Shown in pieces: positions 13,352 to 23,376 of a stretch of 64,000 nt of DNA (within the stretch, counting starts at the first letter, position 1; each line of letters opens with the position of its first letter). The stretch is from Octopus vulgaris. Taxonomy: Eukaryota. Below the pieces are notes generated by a model, which was not told where the DNA came from, did no database searches, and was given only the letters and a program-made list of their open reading frames with translations. The stretch is from the NCBI GenBank assembly GCA_951406725.2, contig OX597837.1:15562001-15626000 (forward strand). Reading direction: 5' to 3'. Made by a program: the position numbers and the translations under genes.

Positions 13352-14479
13352 ATGTGGAGCGTTGATGTTGATTGTCACCAATCCTCCTCCTCCTCACCAC
13401 CACCGCCGCCGCCACCACCGCCCCCACCCCCACCACAAGATGGCACCATGACTAATTACAGTGGCATGAGCCCTTCCAGCTCGGAGCCAACCTCGACAAT
13501 GCGCATGGTCAACAGCAAAGGCAAGTCTCTCAACTGCAATTTCTGCGGAAAGTCCTTCCTCTACAGCTCCCACCTTGCCATGCACAAACGCATTCACACT
13601 GGTGAGAAGCCGTTTTCCTGCGACTTCTGCAGAAAGACATTTGCTTATTCATCGCATCTGAAGATGCATGAACGACTGCATACCGGGGAGAAACCGTTCT
13701 CCTGCGAATTCTGTTCAAAGGCTTTTAGTTATTCCTCTCATTTAAAGATGCATAAACGGACACACACGGGCGAAAAGCCGTTTCCGTGTGACTTCTGTGA
13801 AAAGACTTTCTCATATTCTTCGCACTTATCCATGCACAGACGAGTGCACACAGGCGAGAAGCCGTTCACTTGCCAGTTCTGCAACAAGACCTTCAGCTAT
13901 TCCTCACACCTCAGAATACACCAAAGAACACACACAGGGGAAAAGCCATTTGTGTGTAATTTCTGTGGATCTGCCTTCGCTCTTTGTGGAACTCTTGTGA
14001 AACACAAGAGAAAGCATGCCAACGCTGCCGACCCGGACTCGGTCGGAATGTCTGGCAGTCAGATGTCTGTCGCCGCAGATAATAAACAACCCATGTACAC
14101 GACCTGTTCTAATGGCAGTTGCGGCAGTCTTTGTGTGGCTGCGACAACCTGCTGTGGTGGTGGAGACACCAGCGTTGCCAGCTGCTGCGCTGCTGTCGGC
14201 GGCGGCTGCAATGCTTCCAGAAGTCGGATAATGGAACAGAACGAGAACACTCGGGAAGCTCTGGCCGTAGCGTCCGAAATAGGAGTCGGCATCAGCATGG
14301 CCGCTGAGGCTGGGGTCAACGTGAAGAGTTTCGGCAAGACACCATCACAGATGGTAAGGAACCATTTACACGGACACGGGCATGCACATGGACACAGCCA
14401 CGGACACGGACACGCGCATAGCCATGGACATAACCATGGACACGGGCATGGAGTTCGTGTGGACAATACACGCCATTGA
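13352..14479 (+). CDS. C2H2 zinc-finger protein, 375 aa, six tandem fingers, single coding exon
   Basis: Six CxxC...HxxxH fingers with TGEKP linkers; N-terminal poly-Ser/Pro; C-terminal Cys-rich segment and His-Gly repeats; A at -3 of the ATG; upstream acceptor at 12948. Confidence 0.95.
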   Translation: MWSVDVDCHQSSSSSPPPPPPPPPPPPPQDGTMTNYSGMSPSSSEPTSTMRMVNSKGKSLNCNFCGKSFLYSSHLAMHKRIHTGEKPFSCDFCRKTFAYSSHLKMHERLHTGEKPFSCEFCSKAFSYSSHLKMHKRTHTGEKPFPCDFCEKTFSYSSHLSMHRRVHTGEKPFTCQFCNKTFSYSSHLRIHQRTHTGEKPFVCNFCGSAFALCGTLVKHKRKHANAADPDSVGMSGSQMSVAADNKQPMYTTCSNGSCGSLCVAATTCCGGGDTSVASCCAAVGGGCNASRSRIMEQNENTREALAVASEIGVGISMAAEAGVNVKSFGKTPSQMVRNHLHGHGHAHGHSHGHGHAHSHGHNHGHGHGVRVDNTRH

Positions 14480-14638
14480 AGTGTCTCAACATAATAACCC
14501 AAGTGACCAAATTCTTTTTTCTAAATGTTAGCTGAGAAAACACAATAACCACCACAACCGCAATGCAACGGTCAGTTTACGGACCATTGTCGGTCGTGGG
14601 TCATTACTACAACCATACATGAAATATATATATATATT

Positions 14639-14669
<31 letters not shown>

Positions 14670-15535
14670 AACAATATACACATCCATGTGCACACTCATA
14701 TACATACATATATATATATATACATACATACATACACACACATCCTCATGAACTTGAATATACACCCCTCCCCCAAGAAAACTCAAATAACTGCACTCAT
14801 ACATACATGCCTTTAAGAACATAAACAAACATTAACGACTTTTGTGTCTACATACCTGACGTATAACATATTTATTGCATAGATACACACAGACCACATC
14901 CGAGCAAAGTAGACGCAAGAATATGTATTGCCAGAATATATCATTCATCATTCTACTGACAAAAAAAAAACATATTACTATCTGCAGATATATATATATA
15001 TCAGTATGTGAGTGCATGTGTGTGTATACATACATCTACACACACACACACACACGTCTATACAAAATTAGCACATATATATATACATACATACATACAC
15101 ACATACAGTAAGATGAATAGAAGGATCTAAAGCAATTAGTGGTTGTCTGCATCTGTGAGTATAAAACTGTTCAAAATTGAGATAAATTGATTTTACATAA
15201 GGAAGGAGGAATTTAAGTCTACCACAAAACCTCTCCTAAAAATGGTAACATTTAAATTCTTCGTGGTAAACCAATTTATTCCACTTTTGGACTCAGATGG
15301 GTTTCAAGTAGGCAGAAGGCATGCAGTATGAGATGACAAGTTGTAGGCTTTCGTGGGCTTCAGAGGATCTCAGTGGCACCATTGGAAAATAATGGAAACT
15401 TTATGAAGATTTCAAAAACAAAATTAACATTTTTAAAATTTAAGACTTAAGAATTAGATACAGAAAGTTTAGGAGCACTTGAAAAAGAGTTGTTTTACAT
15501 ATGTCTATATAATTTCGTATGTATGTTTATATATA

Positions 15536-15779
15536 TGTAAATGTAATATGAGACAATTATTCGGTAGCCATGATAAAACTCCGAGTTTTGGATGCTGTGG
15601 TAGAAATCCATGCCACCATCTCTTCAGTTATCCGGCCATCGGAAAAATGCTATGAAAAATGACCGCATTTTTCCAATGGCCAGATAACTGAAGAGATGGC
15701 GGTGTGGATTTCCACCTCGGCATCCGAAACTCGGAGTTTTGTCATGACTACCGAATAATTGTCTCATATTACACTTACA
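15536..15779. repeat. Fold-back inverted repeat, about 115-bp arms (15536-15650 / 15665-15779), Penelope-like-element terminus
   Basis: Arms are reverse complements with scattered substitutions and a 14-nt spacer; a hammerhead motif is embedded. Confidence 0.85.
15683..15743 (+). ncRNA. Type I hammerhead ribozyme-like motif
   Basis: Stem I GAUAA/UUGUC; core CUGAAGA (15688-15694); stem II GAUG..GUGG-auuu-CCAC..CAUC; GAAA (15726-15729); short stem III ACU-cgg-AGU; GUU cleavage triplet (cut after 15738). Confidence 0.65.
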
Positions 15780-16057
15780 GATAAATTCCTCTATTTTACA
15801 TAATATTGAGGTCTCTCTTTCTTTTATTATCTTACCGTTTTTGTTAAACCAGAGATGGTTTCCAGTATTAAAGAACTGCAGCAGGGTTCACCAGATACTA
15901 TTTGGTACTTGTTTTTGACTCTGCTATTCTGCTAAATAGCAATAGATTATTGCTGAGAAATGGAAATACGAAGCTGGTAGTTGTAATTTGTGTTTTGTTT
16001 AAGCTTTTAAACAAAGTGACATATCTGTGTGCACATACAGTCACATTAATGTGGGTG

Positions 16058-16094
<37 letters not shown>

Positions 16095-16301
16095 GTATAT
16101 ATGTATGTATAGGAGTAAATGTAAGGACAAGCAAGTTAGTCAAGTCAATATATAGAAAATGTTAAATACATTTTATACATCAACTTACTTGTTTTTACAA
16201 TTACTCGTTTACCTGCTCAAGTTCAAATCTCTTGAGCACTACACAGTGTATTCTATACAGAGAATACCTGTCTCTAATCTCTCTCTCTCTCTTTCTCTCT
16301 T

Positions 16302-16348
<47 letters not shown>

Positions 16349-17154
16349 TACATACAATGTTTGTGTGTGGGTGTGTATTTTTTGGCAGCTATAGTTCTTA
16401 TTGTTACTTTATTGATCTTAGCCGGATTTGAATTTGAAATGTAAACAAATTTAGCCAAATAGCAGTTACTTTGTCCAGCGCTCCTGCCAACCGTAACCTC
16501 TCTCTATGTGTGTTTATCCCATTTTTATCCTAACATGGTTGGGATATGTTTTATGCATTGAAACATTGGGTCAAGAAATTTTAGGTTACATAGTAATTTG
16601 TGTGCATATATATACACACACACACACATGCATGAATAAATAATATGCATATTTATGTTTAGATAATTGTATCTCTATGTGCATGCATTGGCTGGGTGTA
16701 TGTATTGTATTCCTTCTTTTATACAAATACATGCTTTAGATCTGAATATTCTCTTGATCACCAAAAACAAATATACAGATTCTCATGCCACGTACACACA
16801 CACACATATATACATGAACACAATTTGTTAACACATTCTGAAATACCTTCAAACTAACTCTTCATAAGTAACCATGCTTCAAAGAGACCTAGGCCTGGGC
16901 AACCAAAACGACAATAGCAAATCTTCCGCAAGACGAAGACACCAAAAACAGAAACACCTGTAATATGCCTATAACAACCAAAAAAATTAGTGAGCAGATA
17001 TTTATTTCTAAATCTTAATCTTGACTATATTTTTATTGATAGAACCTTTTTTGTAGAAATTGTGACTTTGTATATTGTGATTGCTTTAACACATCATTAA
17101 ACATTGACGATACCTTTCAGATGGCGTTGTTATATTTTCATTCTGGTGTAATTC

Positions 17155-17620
17155 GGTGCCGGTCTGGCTGTGTGGTTGAGAAGCTTGCCTCCCAACCACA
17201 TGGTCCCGAGTTCAGTCTCACTGCATGGGCAAATGTCTTCTATAGACCTGTGTTGACCAAAGCCTCCCAAAGCCTTGTAAATGGATTTGGTAGGCAGAAA
17301 CTAAAAAAAAGTCTGTTTTTATATTATATATATATGTGTGTGTGGTAAGTGGCTTGCTTACCAACCATATGGTTCCGGGTTCAGTCGCACTGCGTGGCAC
17401 CTTGGGCAAGTGTCTTTTACTATAGCCTGAAATTTCACTCACGAGGTGCAAGCATGGCTGCTGTGTGGTTAAGAAGTTCGTTTCCCAACCATGTAGTTTT
17501 GAGTTCAATTTCACTATGTGACACTTCGGGCAAGTGTCTTCTACTGTAGCCCCAGGTTAGTCAACTGAAGCCTTGTTAATGGATTTGGTAGATGGAAACT
17601 GAAGGAAGCCCCTTGTGTAT
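17155..17620 (+). mobile_element. Cluster of tandem tRNA-derived SINE heads
   Basis: Repeated GGCTGTGTGGT(A/T)AGAAG...GTTCAGTCCCACTG...TTGGGCAAGTGTCTTCTACTATAGCC units. Confidence 0.75.
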
Positions 17621-18329
17621 ATATGGGATGGGTTTGTATTTTTCAAGTTTGTGTGTTCCTTCACTGCTTTTAAACAATGGCTTCATTAACACTGCCATTT
17701 GCATGCAATCCACTTTGAAAGCATATCCAGGCTCTTTGACAAGTTGTGTGACTTCTGTAGATGATAGACACATTTCAGTATTGCTTGTTCTCAATTCTCC
17801 ATGTAAGCATATCTGGGCTGTTGTTGAATAAACTGGGACGTTATTGTCTCAGTTGAAATTAGGTGAGAGTTGATGGGTCTGAGTGTAGGCAACACTGCCT
17901 CAGCATCCTTGCATCCGATCCTGGCAGGGACGGGAAAGCGTAATGATGTCTGCTGCATAAGATATATGTTATGATGTTGTTGCTAAGTGGTAAGGTTGGA
18001 ACTGGTAAACGAAGATCTATTTTGTTGGCTGTGTGAATAATGACTGAAGCAACTCATGAACATGTAGCTGAAAATTTATTGCTGTGGAAGTGAAGATATT
18101 TGCTGTTGGCTGTTTACAATGAAGAGCATTAATAATTACAGACTGGGAAAGATGAAAACAGCTCTGTGTCCGTAGGAGTTACTTGTGAGATGTTGAGTGA
18201 ATGTCCAGTTTGGTCTGTCTGAGAACCTCGACTGACCACATTGGCATGAGTGGAGGCATCTGTTGCTCCAATACCTTCATCACTCTGCAATTAATTGAGT
18301 GACAAAATGGGTTTTTTTTTTTTTTATAG

Positions 18330-18903
18330 AGAACGGGAAGAACATTTCAAGAAAACCATATTGTGCCACAGTAGGATGCTGATTGGTTGATTAAGAGGAC
18401 GTCCGGCAAATCGTGGTGGAGCAAAAACCCATTGTAACTGGTGAGGAATTGGTAGAGAAGCTTGGATTTGGTCATTCAACCATTCATTGACACCTGCGTG
18501 CCATCGGAAAAGTCAACAAATTGGGTCAATGGGTTCCTCACAAACTTTTCGAGTCTAATCACGTGCAAAGAGTGAATGTGTTCTCTTTGCTGTCACGTTT
18601 CACGAATGAACCTTTTTTTGGGGTGGGGACTGGTGATGAGAAATGATTATCATTTAGTCCGCAGTCTTCAAAATTATTTGGACAGAAAAAATATGAATTC
18701 TGTAGATGAGGTTAAAAGAGTATTGGAGGAGCATCAAGGACAAGCGAATTTTGGAAGAGGGGCCTTGCAAGTCTCCCACATAGATGGAAGAGCATTGTAG
18801 AAAATGGAGAGGATATTTTAGATTAAAAAAGAACTTTGTTTATCTTAATTTTGAAAAACAAAAGAAGTATAAAACAACCACATTATTTATGGGATGACCC
18901 AAT
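18330..18903 (+). mobile_element. Internally deleted mariner transposon remnant
   Basis: Translates in pieces to HLRAIGKVNKLGQWVPHKL (WVPHxL linker), YHLVRSLQNYL and LPHRWKSIVENG; ends in mariner TIR-like CATTATTTATGGGATGACCCAAT. Confidence 0.8.
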
Positions 18904-20732
18904 GTGTGTGTGTCCCCGTCTTTGTTTAGATATTGTGATAATTATAAATGAGTGACTGTCATACAAGCTGTGTCATTCATTGCCAATACTCTGTGGATTC
19001 ATGTCTGGCCATGGGGGAAATATTACCTTCATTGGAAACAGGTGAGGGTTGGCGACAGGAAAGTCATCCAGCCATAGAAAATCTGACTCCTTCCAACCCA
19101 TGTAAACATAGAAAAATGGACGTTAAAACGATGATAATATTAATCAGGACGTCTTCGGAAAATACTTTGCTTATTCGCAGTAACACATCAACGATAATCG
19201 AGATGAAAAGATAACCCCCAGCCCCCTGTAAATTAGTGGTTAATTGCATTGAGCTAATGAGCCACCAAAGTAGTCCACGTACCTCTCGAACTACTAGATA
19301 TAGCAGCTAAATCTCCTTCAAAACATACGTTAACATTAAAAGAAAGAAAAAAAAATCCTTGGACAGTGAGGGTCCTTGGTGCATTGCGTCTGGTGAGACG
19401 GGCTGGTTACAGCTAGAATTCCTTTGATCCTACTAAATATAGCTGGACATACTTAAAGTACTCAGCGTTCAAAAATATGATTAAAAATCTCTTATTTTTG
19501 CACAAGGTCAGCAATTATGGTCGGAGAAGGTGTATGTAGATTACATCGAAAGCGGTATTTGACGGGTATTTTATTTTATCCCTGGCAGAATTCGAACTCA
19601 GAATGTAATTAAGTCGGTAAAAACGTTGCTAGATATTTTTGTCCGACGCGCTAACGATTCCGCCAATTCGCTGTTTCGAAGAAAAAAAAAAAAATATTAG
19701 AAATAATTCTATAGTAATAATAAAGAGAAATAAATATTGGAGATGCTTTTGCGCTCGCAGAAACTGTGCGAGCTCTTTTTCTGAATCCATTGCAATTTTG
19801 GAAATCCTTCTGTGAGTGTAGCAGGAATCTGAGGGCCACATGCGTTCTGCTCCCTCCTAACCTGAGTTGGGGGCAGCGACGGTTGACTTAGTCTTCGTCT
19901 GCTGAAGGGTTTCCACTTGCGGTCTTTTATCAACCATAGCTACCTTGAGCTGGTTTCACCTGTCATGAATATCTACTTGGTGGATTTCCTCAGTTGCCTG
20001 GGGTTCCAGACCAATATTCCGTAGGAGAGAGCGCACCAACCCAGCTGGAAAACCGCGAACACGAGACCATCTCAAGAATGAACGACAAGTAAGGGAGACA
20101 ACTCGATGTGCTTCTCTTTTAAGACGGAAAAATGGTCGGAATCATTGTCAGAGGATCTGATAAAATACCTTGTGGTATTTTTGTGTCCGCTCCCTTCGCA
20201 TCGAGTTCAAAACTCGCCGAGATTAACTTTGCTTTTCATCCTTTCGGGATCGATGAAATAAGGTACCCGTCAAGTTCTAGCAGCGATATTTCTTTGAGAT
20301 CTTAATGATCTGAGCTTAAATCCTGCTCAAGTGAACGTCACCTCTCAACACTCCGGCTCCGATAAAATGGATAAAGAAGATATTGGGATCAACCGTATCA
20401 ACAAACCTGCTACGCCTGTAAATTGCTGGCTTTGTACCGAAGTGAGGAACCTGTTAAATAAACTGTCTGTTCAGTTACGGCTCTTTACGCTCAGTTCAAA
20501 TCCTATCGCAGGTAACTTTACCTTTTATCCTGCCATTGTCGATAAAATAAAGTTCCAATCAAATGCCGGGGGTTCGATGTTATCTATTGATACCTGAAAT
20601 TTCTAGCTTTGTCTTTTATCGTTTGGATTGCGGTCATGTTGGGGTACTGTCGGCGAACTGCTAAGTTACGGAGATATAAACAAACTAATACCGGTTGTCA
20701 AGCAGTAAAGGAACAAAACAGTCACACACTGT

Positions 20733-20992
<260 letters not shown>

Positions 20993-21583
20993 ATGACGGG
21001 CTTCCATACAGTCTCTGTTTACTAAAGTCACTCATTAGGCATTGATCAGTCGAAGGCTATAGCAGAAGACACTTGCCCAATGTGCTGCGCAGTTGGATGG
21101 AACCTGGAACCACGCTGCTGCAACACAAGCGTCTTATCCACACAGCCACACCAGCGCCTATATTCTTGCATATAACCCTTTCTGCTCTAGGTACAAGGCC
21201 TGAAAATTTGGGAGACGGGGTTAAGTTGATCACATTGACCCCAGTGTTTCACTGGTACTTAATTTATCGACCCCGAAAGAATAAAAGGCAACGTCGACCT
21301 CGGTGGGATTTGAACTCAATGCTTGCATATAATAAAAATCCTTTTGGGCAGAGCATTGGCAGAATGGTTAGAGCGTTGAGAAAAAATGCCTTGCGGTATT
21401 TATTCTGGTTTTTAACTTTCAAATCCCTCTGTGGTCCACTTTGCCTTTCGCCCTTTCGGAGTCGATAAAATAAAGTACGATTCAGTTCCGGCTCCATCCT
21501 TACTGCAACGGAGGCGAACCCGAGTACCGCCACCCCTAACGCAGACGATAGAAAAATTAATAACTGCAGAAGTCCGACAGGCC

Positions 21584-21657
21584 GCGAAAATTTTTTTCCC
21601 CCGCGAGAGTTCCGGACCCCAGTTATGAACTCATTTGCATACAGCCAATCAGAGCTC
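21584..21657 (+). promoter_or_regulatory. Octamer (H2B-box CTCATTTGCATAC) plus CCAAT element; left arm of an inverted pair
   Basis: GAACTCATTTGCATACAGCCAATCAGAGCTC; reverse-complement copy at 22059-22130. Confidence 0.5.
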
Positions 21658-22058
21658 AAATTTCAAACTAATTTATGAGCGCATAACAAGTGAAGGGCGA
21701 TAATAAAGGGTCACGTGGGTAAGGAATGACCCTGTTCTTTTCTCTTTTAATAATGCTTGTTGTTCTTGTTCTTGTTTCAACCATGGCTGCCTCTGCGTTA
21801 TTTGTGTTGTTATTTATTTTTAAAACAGCAAGGGGAGAGTGTTGCTAGCCCATCACCCTCTACCCGCATTTTCACCATCCTCATCTTTACCATATGGGGC
21901 CCTAACAAAATCCGATAACAGGTAATAGATGCCAATCTATCTAATTACTTGTCTCCTAAAATCAGGCAAAACTTGGCGGTGATCGGTCGACTTACAACAC
22001 CGTTCTTCGTCTTGAGTTTATTTGGTAGAATGGTTTGTTAACTTGACAAGATCAAGGT

Positions 22059-22130
22059 GAGCTCTGATTGGCTGTATGTAAATGAGTTCATTAATGGGGT
22101 CCGGAACTCCAGTGGGAAAAAAAAATTCGC
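22059..22130 (-). promoter_or_regulatory. Octamer-variant plus CCAAT element; right arm of the inverted pair
   Basis: GAGCTCTGATTGGCTGTATGTAAATGAGTTCAT...GGGGTCCGGAACTC...GGGAAAAAAAAATTCGC. Confidence 0.5.
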
Positions 22131-22206
22131 CAGCTGACCACCATCAGTTTGTGCCGGTCGCCGTCGAGAAGTCAGGTGTTCTCGGACTCCGCTAAATCGG
22201 AATACT

Positions 22207-22371
22207 GGCGGCCTTTCTGATGAATGGGCCTCGAGGGGTGGAGTGGCTGTGGCAGCAAGGGTCGGAAACGACCACGGGATGCAGTCGGATATGTTATTTG
22301 TTCTGGGGTGTGCGGCCCATTGCTCCTTCCCCTCCATCTTCGGCTGCTTAATTCCGCCCGCCGCTTTTTTT
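22207..22371 (+). ncRNA. Candidate structured small RNA of unknown family
   Basis: GC-rich island with complementary ends (GGCGG/CCGCC), a GGUCG-GAAA-CGACC hairpin, several 6-9 bp helices and a terminal T7 run. Confidence 0.2.
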
Positions 22372-22879
22372 ATTACTCTTTCTTTGTATTTAAATGTTAT
22401 TAATAAAATATCTAATAAATGTCTACAGAGAGAAAGAGAGAAAAAAAAAAGCCCTCAAGTATTGGGGTTCGACGTAATCATCCACCCTCCACCCGTTCCT
22501 CACCCCCAGGCTTTGTACCTATACTTGAAACAGTTTAAAGAAGATGGGTTGACAGAATCGTTAGAGCGCCGGACAAGATGTCTTGCGGAATTTCTAGGGG
22601 ATCTTTACGTTCTGAGTTCAAATTCGGCCGAGGTCAACTTTGCCTTTCATCCTTCTAGGGTCGATAAAATAAAGTACCAGTGAAACAGAAGAATTGATTG
22701 ATATAACCCACTAATTCCCCCCCTCCCCACCCCCCAAATTGTGTCTGTAGTAGTAGTAGTAGTAATAGTAGTAGTAGTAAACGAAATAAATTACGTTGAA
22801 GGAAAATGACGCTCAAAGATTCAGGTTAGAGAGAGAGAGAGAGAAAGAGAGCTTGGCTGTCTTTTACATAAAACTAACA

Positions 22880-22981
22880 ATGTTGAGCTACGAACAGGAA
22901 TTCCTGGTGAAGTTAAGAGATAACAAAACCGTTCTCCGGACGCCTCTTGGCTTGCATTTAAATCTGGCGTACATGTTATAA
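22880..22981 (+). CDS. Putative 33-aa micropeptide with canonical eIF4E-binding motif (4E-BP-like)
   Basis: MLSYEQEFLVKLRDNKTVLRTPLGLHLNLAYML: YxxxxL-phi followed by xxR and a downstream TP, as in 4E-BPs; A at -3. Confidence 0.45.
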   Translation: MLSYEQEFLVKLRDNKTVLRTPLGLHLNLAYML

Positions 22982-23376
22982 AGGATTGAAGAATCGCGTT
23001 CCTGCGTGAGGCTGTTTGTTGAAGAAAAGCAAAACTGCTAAATTTGAATTCATTAACAGAAGAACAAGCAAGGAACAAACTATATATCGACCAAAAAACA
23101 CAAAACGGTAGACAGAAAAATGCGAAAACAATCAAATGAAAAACAGTTACGGATTACCAAAACAACCATCTAGAAGTTGAATAATAAACAACCAAGCTTT
23201 CTCTTATATATATCTATATATCTATATATATATACATATATATATTTGAGTGATAGAGAGAGGGGGGAATATATATATATATGTATATATATATAGACAT
23301 ATAAACACATTTAGTTTTTAAACTAAAAAAAATAATAAAATAAGAGAGACACTTATATAAAATAAAAGATAACAGT

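Noticed and set aside
21660-22058. Histone H2A/H2B gene next to the H2B boxes
   Set aside because: No histone-like ORF on either strand and no histone 3' stem-loop seen.
22217-22273. CTGATGA...GAAAC as a hammerhead
   Set aside because: No stem II closure or NUH/stem I pairing; the GAAA is better explained as a tetraloop.
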